The position numbers and the translations under genes are program-made. The notes under the pieces were generated by a model. That model saw only the letters and a program-made list of their open reading frames with translations, ran no database searches and had not been told where the DNA came from. Positions 30,914 to 39,646 of a stretch of DNA of 64,000 nt are shown in pieces. The stretch covers positions 14,829 through 78,828 of the forward strand of contig OZ255830.1 in NCBI GenBank assembly GCA_965277685.1, given 5' to 3'. The DNA is from Alphaproteobacteria bacterium. Its GTDB lineage: Bacteria; Pseudomonadota; Alphaproteobacteria; GM7ARS4; CBDIDI01. Numbering within the stretch: position 1 is the first letter of the stretch; each line of letters starts with the position of its first letter.

Positions 30914-31198
30914 ATGACAAAGGGTCGCATTAAAGCGTTTATAGAGGATGCTGGCATGACACTTCATGGGCTATCAACCCGACACGGACTGCGCCCTGAT
31001 GCGTGTTCAGTGGCCCTTCGTAAGGGACACCCTGAAGGCGAGGCGGCGATAGCAACTGTGTTGGGGATAGCGGCGGCGCGGATATGGAAGGAGCGCTATG
31101 GCCCCGACGGGCGGCGGTTAAAACCGCAACCATGGGCGAATGATCGGCACGATCGGGGTATTCGATCGACCGCGGCGGACCGACAACGGGCGGCATAG
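30914..31198 (+). CDS. Ner-like (Mu Ner/Nlp family) DNA-binding regulator.
   Basis: GLRPDACSVALRKGHPEGEAAIATVLGIAAARIWKERY closely parallels the Mu Ner C-terminus (GYAPTTLANALERHWPKGEQIIANALETKPEVIWPSRY). Confidence 0.7.
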   Translation: MTKGRIKAFIEDAGMTLHGLSTRHGLRPDACSVALRKGHPEGEAAIATVLGIAAARIWKERYGPDGRRLKPQPWANDRHDRGIRSTAADRQRAA

Positions 31199-31203
31199 TC
31201 ATC

Positions 31204-31623
31204 ATGAATGGAATTCCTATCACACCAACACATATACAAGCGCATTTTAGCGCGTTTGGTGTGATGTGGAAAGGGGGAACGACGTTTTCTTTAAGTTGTA
31301 ATGCCGTTCCCCGACTTATAAATGTCTGCCCCTTTGGCGAGTGGACGGGGCGCAAGGCGAATGTTTCGGGTGATCTTCCTCCCCGGAACCGGGCGCGCGG
31401 GGAGTTGAAGACGTCACCCGCCGCCCACTTTAATTTTTCCCACGTCGACCCGATCGGCGCGGGAATAACGAATGGCCGGTTAGGCTTTGTGTTCTTAGCT
31501 GCCGGTCGGGTCGGGGGGCGCACCCCTTCTGCAATATCGCGTTGCGGCCCTCGATCGTTTTTTTCGCGTGTGATCGATGTCATGAAGGCGTTGTTCGCAC
31601 GTCTTTTTGCCGCCCCGGCATGA
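31204..31623 (+). CDS. Hypothetical protein (Mu-like early region). An alternative minus-strand ORF, 30939-31673, covers the same DNA.
   Basis: Position and spacing (6 bp after the Ner-like gene, same strand as the operon); no motif recognised. Confidence 0.3.
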   Translation: MNGIPITPTHIQAHFSAFGVMWKGGTTFSLSCNAVPRLINVCPFGEWTGRKANVSGDLPPRNRARGELKTSPAAHFNFSHVDPIGAGITNGRLGFVFLAAGRVGGRTPSAISRCGPRSFFSRVIDVMKALFARLFAAPA

Positions 31624-31693
31624 AACAAGCGGAATTCTCTCCCGTTATGAGGCCGTGGGCGGATTCCCGGCATGAAACCTTTGGTGGTTTTTA

Positions 31694-31933
31694 ATGTCGC
31701 GCATTGATAGCTATATAACCCGTCCGAACGGCACCTTGAAAAAGGCCCATGCCGAGCCTATCAACGCATGCGGCGGGCTTGAGGCGGCGGCGGAAATGTG
31801 CCGCGTGTCGGTGCGTTCATTATCCAATTATTGCAACCCGGAACAGGCCAAGGCGCATATGCCGGTTGAGGTGGTCCAGGCGCTGGAGTGGGTATCTAGG
31901 AAAAATCCCGTATCGAGCTATCTGGCGGTATGA
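31694..31933 (+). CDS. Small hypothetical protein (Mu-like early region).
   Basis: 79-aa ORF whose stop overlaps the start of the ParB-like gene. Confidence 0.4.
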   Translation: MSRIDSYITRPNGTLKKAHAEPINACGGLEAAAEMCRVSVRSLSNYCNPEQAKAHMPVEVVQALEWVSRKNPVSSYLAV

Positions 31934-32877
31934 GTGGCGTTGTCGATATTGCCCTTGACCGGATCGAAATTGTCGATCGGGCCCGGCCGGTGGCATCGGC
32001 GCGGGTCGATCGGCTTGCCGCATCGATGGCGACGGAAGGGTTGCGCGCGCCGGTTCTTTTAAAGCCGATTCGCACCCGCAATATTGGCACGGGCAAGGTC
32101 GGTAAGGCAGTGATGCCGTCATCCTATCGGGTGATTGTCGGCGCGGCCCGGGTCGAAGCGGCCCGGCAATTGGAATGGAAAACGATAAGGGCCGAATTGC
32201 GCGATGGTATCAAAGTTGCCGATGCCGCCGCCCTTGAAATTGACGATAATTTATCCCATAGCGACCTGACCAAACTGGAATCGGCCCTGATGCTCGCCGC
32301 GCGCAAGCGGCTGTATGAGCAAGAAAACCCGGAAAGCCGCAACGGCGCGTGGGGAAGTCCCGCAAAATACAGAAATGAGAACGACAATTTGTCGTTCTCA
32401 AAGTTTATGGCGGATCGGATCGGTGTCCATCACCGCACGATCGAGCGCATGGTGCGCCGCGGTCAGGAAATCAGCCGCGCGGCGGCCGATACCCTTATCC
32501 TTAACGGGTCACCGGTGGCCGATTGCGATGTTGACCTCGATAGTCTTGCCGGACTTGCGGCCAATCATCAAATCGAGGCGGCGCAATGGGCGGTCGCGGC
32601 CGACACCGGCGAGCGGCGCCGGATACGAAAATGGCGCGAAGAACATGCGGGCAAACCGGCCGGCAATGTTCATGATTTCCCGAAAAAGTCACCATTAACG
32701 AAGAAAGACCAAGAAAACCTTGGCCTGACCCGCCTGCAAGGGGTGTGGTTTGAAACGCAGGTCGAGGATCGGTTGAAGTTTGCCGATTGGCTGCACGAGC
32801 GCGGGGAAATCACCGCCGCGCAAGCCGAGAAAATAAAAATCGCGGCCCGGCGCGATCCGGTCGTGTCATGTGGATGA
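31930..32877 (+). CDS. ParB-like nuclease domain protein.
   Basis: IALDRIEIVDRARP...RVDRLAASMATEGLRAPVLLKP...YRVIVGAARVEAARQL is a ParB N-terminal domain pattern, as in the early regions of transposable phages. Confidence 0.7.
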   Translation: MSGVVDIALDRIEIVDRARPVASARVDRLAASMATEGLRAPVLLKPIRTRNIGTGKVGKAVMPSSYRVIVGAARVEAARQLEWKTIRAELRDGIKVADAAALEIDDNLSHSDLTKLESALMLAARKRLYEQENPESRNGAWGSPAKYRNENDNLSFSKFMADRIGVHHRTIERMVRRGQEISRAAADTLILNGSPVADCDVDLDSLAGLAANHQIEAAQWAVAADTGERRRIRKWREEHAGKPAGNVHDFPKKSPLTKKDQENLGLTRLQGVWFETQVEDRLKFADWLHERGEITAAQAEKIKIAARRDPVVSCG

Positions 32878-33075
32878 CGGCGCCAGCGAACCGCCCGGCA
32901 ACGCCGCGTGGGCGTTCGCGTGTGAGCGTCCCAAAGGGGGACGCGTATTCAAAAATGAGGATGCCGTCATGTCGATGACGGCACCGGCGAACCGCCCGGG
33001 GCGTTCGCGTGTGAGCGTCCCAAAAGGGGACGCGTATTCAAAAATGAGGATGCCGTCATGTGGATGACGGCATCC
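32862..33075. promoter_or_regulatory. Tandem repeat of about 95-100 bp (two copies plus a partial third) carrying three copies of a perfect 22-bp palindrome tgccgtcatgt(c/g)gatgacggca. The last palindrome contains the transposase start codon. Candidate operator or enhancer.
   Basis: Direct repeat gtcatgtggatgacggc.ccagcgaaccgcccgg...gcgttcgcgtgtgagcgtcccaaa.ggggacgcgtattcaaaaatgaggatgccgtcatgt.gatgacggca. The palindrome was confirmed by reverse-complementing by eye. Confidence 0.6.
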
Positions 33076-35235
33076 GAGATTGCGACTTTGCGGTTGCCGG
33101 AATTACCGGCAACGGATGTCGGCATTCGAGCGCGGGCGCAAAAAGACGCATGGCGGTCACGCCGGCGGGCGGGGCGCGGCGGCGGCGTGGAATTTGCCCT
33201 TGAAAGCCTACCGGCCGAAGCGCGCAAGGCGTATCTCGGCACCGATCCGACCCCGGCCATCGACGGCAACCGCCACGATCCGGACAAGATGGATGCGAAA
33301 CTGACCATCATTCAGGTGGCGGCGGCGTGGCGCAAGGCGCAAAGCCTGTCCCTGCGCCGGGGCGAGGCGCAATTTTCGACCCTTTATAATGAAGGCTTGA
33401 TCGATGTGCCGGACTGGACCCGGCGGATTGTGCCGCATTTAAGCGCGGCGAGCCTGGCCCGGTGGCGCAAAATCAAGGATGCGGGGGGATATCGCCGCCT
33501 TGGTGGTGATTATGGCAATCGTTCCGGCACGTCACGCATCGAGCGGGCGGCCAGCGGCGCGGTGGCCGTGAAAATCGCCGCCCTAAAATGCAAGCAACCC
33601 CATTTGACCGCTTATAATATCAAAAGCATTATTTTAAGTGAGTTTAAGGGTGTTTTTGGTAAAAACCCGCCGCCGGTGCGCGCTTTTCAGCGTTTTATTG
33701 CCGAATGGAAAGATAAGAACGCCGAATCGTATCTTTACCTGACCAATCCCGATAAGTGGAAGGGCAGTCGCCGTTTTGCCACCGGGCGGATGTATGATCA
33801 TATCACCACGCCCAATCAGCTTTGGGAAATCGATGCATCCCCGGCCGATGTCATGACGACCGAAGGGCGGCGCAATCTGTATATGGTGATTGATATTGCG
33901 ACCCGGCGGGTCATGGTATCGGTGACGAAAACGGCGCGTAGTGACGCGATGCTTGCCCTTATCCGGCGGGCGATGCTGGTATGGGGGGTGCCGACCACGA
34001 TTCGCACCGATAACGGCAAGGATTTTGTATCGCGGGCGGCAAAGCGGGTCTTTACCGCCCTTGATATTCATCAGGATATCGCGCCGCCCTTCACACCGGA
34101 GGCCAAAGCGGCGGTCGAGCGGGCATTTCGGACATTACAACACGATTTAATGCCGCTGATCCCGGGCTATGTCGGGCATAACGTGGCCGACCGGCAGGAA
34201 ATCCGCGCGCGCAAGAAGTTTGCCCGGCGGCTTGGCGAGGACAATCGGAAAATCTTTCACATCGATACGGATGCGGCCGGTCTGCAATCGACCATCGATG
34301 CCTGGATTGCCAAGAAATACGAACATAAACCCCATGCCGGACTTGGCGGCAAAACGCCCTTTGCGGTGGCGGCGGCCTATGACGGCGTTATTCGCAAGAT
34401 CGAGAACGAGCGGGCGGTCGATATGCTGCTTGCGCCGGCGGCCGATGGCGATGGTTATCGCCAGGTGACCAAGCGCGGCATTCGGGTGGCGGGGGCTTAT
34501 TTTATCGGATCGGGATTAACGCCCGGCATGCGGGTTTTTGTCCGTTTTGACCCGGTCGATTTAGGGCGGATTTACGCCTTTACCGATGAATACGGCGATT
34601 TTATCGCCGATGCGATATGCCCGGAGCGGGCCGGTGTCGATCGGGTGGCGGCGGCAAGGGCGGCAAGGGCCGAGCAAGGGCGGCGAATAAGGCAAGAAGT
34701 CCGGCCACTCCAACAGGAAATCAACCGGATCAAGGACACCGATATGGTGGATGCGGTTCTTGGCGAGGCAGAGCGGCAAAACGGCAATATCACGGCGTTT
34801 CCACAGCGGGTCGATGCCCATACGACGCCCGCCCTTAAAGCAGCAGGGGAAGCGGCCAGGGAGACAATAGGGGAAGCAGCCGGGGACGCGGCCCGTGAAA
34901 CAATGGGGGAAGCGGCCCTTGAAGCGACCGGGGAAGCGGCCGGGGAGGTGGCCGGGGAGACAATGGGGGAGACAATGGGGGATGGGGCGCGGCAACACCT
35001 TATCGCCGATATGGCAACGGCCAAGCGGGCCCGCACCGATCCGATGGCGGATAAGGAAAGACGCTTTGCCCGGTGCCGCGATTTACAAAAAAAGCAGATA
35101 AACGGCGCCGCGATTAGTGATGATGACGCGCGCTGGCTGGAAAATTACGAAACCACGCCGGAATACCACGCGAAAGCGGCGATGGAGTCCGATTTTGCCG
35201 TTTTGGAAAAACCACGGGTGGCCGCGCATGGATAA
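33058..35235 (+). CDS. Mu-type DDE transposase A (rve/integrase-core superfamily).
   Basis: N-terminal DNA-binding region; catalytic core WEIDASPADVMT...YMVIDIATRRVM...IRTDNGKDFVS...ERAFRTLQ (D, D, E triad context). The C-terminal low-complexity GEAAGE repeat is encoded by a DNA repeat at 34850-34990. Immediately followed by a B-like ATPase. Confidence 0.8.
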   Translation: MWMTASEIATLRLPELPATDVGIRARAQKDAWRSRRRAGRGGGVEFALESLPAEARKAYLGTDPTPAIDGNRHDPDKMDAKLTIIQVAAAWRKAQSLSLRRGEAQFSTLYNEGLIDVPDWTRRIVPHLSAASLARWRKIKDAGGYRRLGGDYGNRSGTSRIERAASGAVAVKIAALKCKQPHLTAYNIKSIILSEFKGVFGKNPPPVRAFQRFIAEWKDKNAESYLYLTNPDKWKGSRRFATGRMYDHITTPNQLWEIDASPADVMTTEGRRNLYMVIDIATRRVMVSVTKTARSDAMLALIRRAMLVWGVPTTIRTDNGKDFVSRAAKRVFTALDIHQDIAPPFTPEAKAAVERAFRTLQHDLMPLIPGYVGHNVADRQEIRARKKFARRLGEDNRKIFHIDTDAAGLQSTIDAWIAKKYEHKPHAGLGGKTPFAVAAAYDGVIRKIENERAVDMLLAPAADGDGYRQVTKRGIRVAGAYFIGSGLTPGMRVFVRFDPVDLGRIYAFTDEYGDFIADAICPERAGVDRVAAARAARAEQGRRIRQEVRPLQQEINRIKDTDMVDAVLGEAERQNGNITAFPQRVDAHTTPALKAAGEAARETIGEAAGDAARETMGEAALEATGEAAGEVAGETMGETMGDGARQHLIADMATAKRARTDPMADKERRFARCRDLQKKQINGAAISDDDARWLENYETTPEYHAKAAMESDFAVLEKPRVAAHG

Positions 35236-36010
35236 TAGAGGGGATAGTCGAGGGGATAGTCGAGGGGATAATATGGAGCGCACAATACACGGGACAACCG
35301 CACCGGTGAGAAATGTCGCCCTATTCAATGAATTGGCCGAGCGCGTCATTCGCCGTCCCGGCCATCTTCCCGGGATGGCCGTTTTTCACGGGCCCAGCGG
35401 CTTTGGCAAGACGTTCAGTGCCACGTACGCCGCGAACAAGCATCTGGCTTGCTATGTCGAGGTCGGCGCGAGTTGGACGCGCAAGAAATTCTGTCAAGAA
35501 GTTCTTCGCCAATGCGGCGGTGATCTGCACGGTCGCCGGACGACATGCGACATAATGGACACGATTATCGGCACATTGGCCGATGAAGAAAGGCTTTTGA
35601 TCATCGATGAGGCCGATTTTGTCATGGACAAGGGCTTTATGGACTATGTGCGGGAGATTTACGAAAAATCCGGCGCGCCGATCATCTTGATTGGCGAGGA
35701 AACCCTGCCCGGCAAGATGCGGGTCGCGGATCGCTGCCATAACCGAATTATGGACTGGGTGCAGGCGGTTGCCGCCAACGGCGATGATACTCGCTATCTG
35801 GCCGGGCTATACGTGCCGGGGCTTCGTATCGATGACGGATTGCTGGCGCGCATCAACAAGGTATCCCATGGAAGGATACGGCGGATTTGCGTCAATCTCG
35901 AGCGGGTGCGGGAAGCGGCCGCTTTGGAGGGGTGGAAATCGGTATCATTGAAGGAATGGGCGGATCGCCCCCTGTTTACCGGCGAGCCACCAAAAAGGCG
36001 GGTTTTGTAA
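35228..36010 (+). CDS. MuB-like AAA+ ATPase (transposition target-capture protein).
   Basis: Walker A FHGPSGFGKTFSA and Walker B LLIIDEADF; its start overlaps the transposase stop. Confidence 0.75.
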   Translation: MDNRGDSRGDSRGDNMERTIHGTTAPVRNVALFNELAERVIRRPGHLPGMAVFHGPSGFGKTFSATYAANKHLACYVEVGASWTRKKFCQEVLRQCGGDLHGRRTTCDIMDTIIGTLADEERLLIIDEADFVMDKGFMDYVREIYEKSGAPIILIGEETLPGKMRVADRCHNRIMDWVQAVAANGDDTRYLAGLYVPGLRIDDGLLARINKVSHGRIRRICVNLERVREAAALEGWKSVSLKEWADRPLFTGEPPKRRVL

Positions 36011-36720
36011 TGGCCGGCGTGTCGGTATCGGAAGAAATCCGCCTCGACCTTCGCATTCCCCGCGGGGCGCAAGGATATTGGGATGTGATCCGGGTGATCG
36101 GCCGTTCCGGCCGCACCTTCGCGATGAGAGACATAAAAGACGTCTTTCACCTGATTAATCGGTGGGTGGTCGGCGACAATGGCCATTGCCCGGGTCAAGA
36201 TGACATCAGTGAGTATATTTCACGCTTGGTCAAGGGCGGCTATATCACGAAAAAAAACGGCATGATGGAATTGGTCAAGGATGCCGGGCAATGCGTTCCC
36301 CGTTTAAAGCGGGACGGATCGCCGACCCGCGCCGCGACCGGGCAGGATTATATGTGGCGGGCGATCCGAATGAACAAGGTATTTTCGCCCAAAGAGTTGA
36401 TGATCGCCGCATCCACCGATGCCGTTAAAATCACGATGCAAACCGCGAAAGACTATATCAAGCACCTAAAAGCGGCCGGGTATCTAAAGGTTGTCACACC
36501 CCACCAAGGGGGACGAAAGGCGGCCGTATATCGCCTTTATCCCAATCGGGCGACCGGCCCGGCCGCGCCGCAAGTGATGCGCGATAAGCGGGTCTATGAT
36601 CCCAATATCAAGCGGGTGATGACGCCGCAGGCGGCGAAGGCACCTAAAGTGACGGGCAAAACAACCGGCAAGATGACGGATAAGATGGCCAATAAGATGA
36701 TGGGCAAGGTCGCGGCATGA
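36010..36720 (+). CDS. Hypothetical phage protein (position equivalent to the Mu semi-essential early region).
   Basis: Start overlaps the stop of the B-like ATPase gene; lysine-rich repetitive C-terminal tail. Confidence 0.5.
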   Translation: MAGVSVSEEIRLDLRIPRGAQGYWDVIRVIGRSGRTFAMRDIKDVFHLINRWVVGDNGHCPGQDDISEYISRLVKGGYITKKNGMMELVKDAGQCVPRLKRDGSPTRAATGQDYMWRAIRMNKVFSPKELMIAASTDAVKITMQTAKDYIKHLKAAGYLKVVTPHQGGRKAAVYRLYPNRATGPAAPQVMRDKRVYDPNIKRVMTPQAAKAPKVTGKTTGKMTDKMANKMMGKVAA

Positions 36721-36953
36721 GTGCACCGACCTTAATTGACAATATCCGCAATTGCGCGGGGGTCATGGCGCAATTGGAACGCGATGGCGGCGGGCGTTTG
36801 ACGCAAAGGGCGGCCCAGTTGTTATCGGACGCCCTGGCCGATGCCGCCGATCAGGTCGAGGGGTTGATGGATATCGCGATCGAGCGGGCGCTCGCCCCGG
36901 ATTTACAACGGGTGGAGCAAGACGTTGAGGCGGATTTGCACGGCGATGGTTAA
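36717..36953 (+). CDS. Small hypothetical phage protein.
   Basis: 78-aa ORF whose start overlaps the preceding stop. Confidence 0.4.
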   Translation: MSAPTLIDNIRNCAGVMAQLERDGGGRLTQRAAQLLSDALADAADQVEGLMDIAIERALAPDLQRVEQDVEADLHGDG

Positions 36954-37102
36954 GATTAATCCCATTCTTTTAGCGATGGCACTACACAGGGCGACGCCAA
37001 AACGCCGCCGAAGGGGTATATGGGCATGGCTCCTTTTACGGCCCGGCAACGGCATTTTATCGATGGTATTGCCGAGAAACCACGCAAAGCGGGGGCGTTA
37101 AT

Positions 37103-37291
37103 ATGAAAATCATCTTAATTATTGTCGTGCTGTCGTTGCCGCCGGGGCATCCGATGCGCGAATCGGCGCAGTTGTTTGACGACATCCATGCCTGCGAGGC
37201 GGCAAGGGACGAGTTGCTTGCCCGTTATGGGCGCAAAAAGCGTTTGCGGTTGGGCTGCTATGGCTTGATTAAATTTGGGGATAAGGCGTGA
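37103..37291 (+). CDS. Small hypothetical protein with an N-terminal hydrophobic segment.
   Basis: MKIILIIVVLSLPPG...; 62 aa. Confidence 0.35.
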   Translation: MKIILIIVVLSLPPGHPMRESAQLFDDIHACEAARDELLARYGRKKRLRLGCYGLIKFGDKA

Positions 37292-37343
37292 TGGCGTTTT
37301 GGACATTTAGCCTCGGTATAATGATGGGCGGCGCGATGGCCGT

Positions 37344-37808
37344 ATGGTTGCGATTGCACGCCGATCGGCGAAAGCAGAACCGGCGATGACCCGCAAAACC
37401 CTGATGGCGCGTGTCCATGTCGGCGCCAAGACCCTTGGCATGGATGAGGATACGCGCCGCGCTTGGATGGAAAATCTTGTCGGACAGCGCTCGTGCATCG
37501 ATTGCACCGATGGGCAATTAAAGCGGCTTGCCGATGATATGAAGCGGCAAGGGGCAACGACCGATCGATGGCGGCCGTCACAAAAACGCTATGTGCGCAA
37601 AATTTGGGCCTTGTGGGGCGATATGAAACGGCGCGGCCTATTGGCCGATGCCAAAGATCCGCGCGCCTGGCTTGTCGGCTTTGTCCGGCGTCAAACCGGC
37701 GTTGATAATCCCGAATGGCTAAGCCCGGATCAGGCAAACAAGGTGATTGAGGGGTTAAAATCGATCATTGATCGCGCCCCCTTTGGGGATGCCGATGCCG
37801 GATCGTGA
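37344..37808 (+). CDS. GemA-like (Mu gp16, DUF1018) protein.
   Basis: TRKTLMARVHVGAKTLGMDEDTRRAWMENLVGQRSC..LTDGQLKRLADDMKRQG matches the gp16/GemA family pattern; it lies between the transposition module and the Mor-like gene, as in Mu. Confidence 0.65.
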   Translation: MVAIARRSAKAEPAMTRKTLMARVHVGAKTLGMDEDTRRAWMENLVGQRSCIDCTDGQLKRLADDMKRQGATTDRWRPSQKRYVRKIWALWGDMKRRGLLADAKDPRAWLVGFVRRQTGVDNPEWLSPDQANKVIEGLKSIIDRAPFGDADAGS

Positions 37809-38136
37809 CGAATATAAAGATATGCCGCGCTCGATGCAGGATATTGTCTCACTTATCGGGCGTGAAGCAACGTTGAAATTGCTTTTTCACCACGGCGGTG
37901 AGCGTTTTTACGTATCCGTATCGACCAAGGATCAAATTGCTCATGCCATTGGACAAGAGGCCGCGGATACGCTGGTAGAGAATTATAAAAGGGATTTTTT
38001 AGAATTGCCGCATGCAAAGCGAGCGGTCGCTGAATTCTTGTTCGCTCAAGGCTGGGAAAAGAAAGCAATTCAACAACATTTGCAAATTAATCGCCGCACT
38101 CTTGCCAGGTGGTTTAGAGGGGCAGATGCCCCATGA
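37768..38136 (+). CDS. Mor/C-family transcription activator (Mu middle/late activator homologue). The true start is probably an internal Met at 37789-37834.
   Basis: RSMQDIVSLIGREATLKLLFHHGGERFYVS...; C-terminal HTH AIQQHLQINRRTLARWF, typical of the Mor family. Confidence 0.6.
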   Translation: MIAPPLGMPMPDRDEYKDMPRSMQDIVSLIGREATLKLLFHHGGERFYVSVSTKDQIAHAIGQEAADTLVENYKRDFLELPHAKRAVAEFLFAQGWEKKAIQQHLQINRRTLARWFRGADAP

Positions 38137-38168
38137 CGCTTTAATTCTTCAAGTGCTAAGACGGGTTC

Positions 38169-38582
38169 ATGGCTACCCCACGCGGCATACGAAACCATAA
38201 TCCCGGCAATATCGAGCGCACCGGCACGCCGTGGCGCGGCATGGCCCACGATCAGTCCGGAGATGAGCGCTTTATCGTTTTTGAAAAGGTGGAATACGGC
38301 ATTCGGGCGATGGCGCGGATTTTACGTGTTTATCAGAAGAAGCATGGATGCCGGACGGTGAGGGATATTATTAACCGATGGGCGCCGCCGGTGGAAAACA
38401 ACACGCAAAGCTATATCAACCATGTCGCCGAGGTTTGCGGCGTTGACCAAGATCAACCGATTTCCCTTTATGACGATCGCGTGGTGGCGCGCCTGATTAA
38501 GGCGATCATTCATCATGAAAACGGCGATCAGCCCTATGATAACGCCACGATCCATCGCGGTATTTTGATGGAGGAATCCTGA
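38169..38582 (+). CDS. Conserved phage protein; candidate endolysin or peptidoglycan hydrolase, based on position immediately upstream of the holin.
   Basis: 137 aa, IRNHNPGNIE...W.G motif, which I recall seeing in phage lysis or virion-associated proteins but cannot assign to a named family. Its stop overlaps the holin start. Confidence 0.35.
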   Translation: MATPRGIRNHNPGNIERTGTPWRGMAHDQSGDERFIVFEKVEYGIRAMARILRVYQKKHGCRTVRDIINRWAPPVENNTQSYINHVAEVCGVDQDQPISLYDDRVVARLIKAIIHHENGDQPYDNATIHRGILMEES

Positions 38583-38989
38583 TGCCGGGCGGATTGCTTG
38601 GCGGATTGCTTGGTGGCGGCGTGGTATCGGCGGCCGAGGGCGTGGCCAATATCATCGACAAGTTCGTTGAGACCGACGAGGAAAAGAAAGCGGCCGCCTT
38701 GTTGCGGGCCAAAATCCAATTAAAGCCGTCCTTGGCCCAGATCGAGCTTAATAAGATCGAGGCCGGGCATCGCTCTATCTTTATTGCCGGGTGGCGGCCG
38801 TTTATCGGTTGGGTCTGCGGTGTGGCCTTGGCCTGGCAATTTATCCTCTATGACTTGATGCGCTGGGTATTTCCCCATACCGCGCCGCCGGATTTGGGCG
38901 GCACGGAAACCCTGACGACAATCGTTTTATCCTTGCTTGGCCTTGGCGCATTGCGCACGGCCGAGAAATTTGGCGGCAAGTCGAAATGA
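38582..38989 (+). CDS. Phage holin, 3-TM type (DUF3154-like, as in gene-transfer-agent and phage lysis cassettes).
   Basis: Gly-rich N-terminus, IELNKIEAGHRSIFIAGWRPFIGWVCGVALAWQFILYD, and three hydrophobic segments. Confidence 0.6.
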   Translation: MPGGLLGGLLGGGVVSAAEGVANIIDKFVETDEEKKAAALLRAKIQLKPSLAQIELNKIEAGHRSIFIAGWRPFIGWVCGVALAWQFILYDLMRWVFPHTAPPDLGGTETLTTIVLSLLGLGALRTAEKFGGKSK

Positions 38990-39125
38990 TCACGGCGGGG
39001 ATGCCGGGGCACGGCGGCGAGAACACGGCGGGGATGCCGGGGCACGGCGGCAAGAACACGGCGGGGATGCCGGGGCACGGCGGCAAGAACACGGCGGGGA
39101 TGCCGGGGCACGGCGGCAAGAACAC
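38990..39125. repeat. 33-bp tandem repeat, four copies.
   Basis: atgccggggcacggcggc.agaacacggcgggg repeated four times. It would encode an HGGDAGARRQE repeat if the long ORF 38937-39446 were used. Confidence 0.85.
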
Positions 39126-39149
39126 ATCCAGTCCCTTGGCGTGGTCGAA

Positions 39150-39446
39150 ATGATTTTCGATCCGGATGTCGTTCATCTTATCTGGAGCGTGACAACGACA
39201 ATCATTGCCGGGCTCGCGGCGTTCTATGCCTGGCAAGTCAAACGGACCGGTGCCAACACATCGGCAATTGATGGTTTGGACCGGCGCTTGATAAGGGTTG
39301 AAGAACAGGCCAAGGCCTTTGCCTATCGTAGCGAAGTCACGGAAATGGCGGCAACGCTGAAGGGTTTTGGCAATGCACTGACACGGATCGAGACGCAAGT
39401 GGGCCAGATCACCGAATCGCTTTTGTCGGGAAGGGGCGAGAAATGA
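39150..39446 (+). CDS. Putative spanin-like lysis protein (N-terminal transmembrane segment plus coiled coil).
   Basis: MIFDPDVVHLIWSVTTTIIAGLAAFYAWQV transmembrane segment followed by a helical region with heptad periodicity; it follows the holin. Confidence 0.4.
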   Translation: MIFDPDVVHLIWSVTTTIIAGLAAFYAWQVKRTGANTSAIDGLDRRLIRVEEQAKAFAYRSEVTEMAATLKGFGNALTRIETQVGQITESLLSGRGEK

Positions 39447-39646
39447 ACCTTGAAACCATCAAGCGTGAAGACCGCCGCCGGTCGAACGGCTTGCTATTTT
39501 GGGCCCGACAGCCGGCGCCGTCGGCTATGAGGGGAATCGCATTGCCCCGGTTGATGCCCCCGTTGATGCCCTGGATGAATTGGGGTTTATGGTCGGCCAA
39601 TCGATCCATTGATCGCCTCATTTTACATGGGGCAGGTGCCCCATGA
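39443..39646 (+). CDS. Small hypothetical protein.
   Basis: 67-aa ORF translationally coupled on both sides; no lipobox is seen, so an o-spanin role is not supported. Confidence 0.25.
   Translation: MNLETIKREDRRRSNGLLFWARQPAPSAMRGIALPRLMPPLMPWMNWGLWSANRSIDRLILHGAGAP

Noticed and set aside
30939-31673. 244-aa minus-strand ORF antisense to the Ner-like gene and the 31204-31623 ORF.
   Set aside because: It runs antisense through the rightward early operon, including the well-supported Ner-like gene, and shows no motif. High-GC antisense ORFs are common artefacts. A low confidence is retained for the plus-strand alternative.
32787-33067. Two 63-65-aa ORFs ending in ...PKGDAYSKMRMPSC.
   Set aside because: They are near-identical because they lie on the 95-bp tandem repeat upstream of the transposase. 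I interpret them as regulatory DNA rather than genes.
38937-39446. 169-aa ORF starting upstream of the spanin-like gene, encoding HGGDAGARRQE repeats.
   Set aside because: Its N-terminal 70 aa are a read-through of a 33-bp x4 DNA tandem repeat and overlap the holin gene's 3' end. I preferred the internal Met at 39150, which starts a transmembrane segment, as the start.
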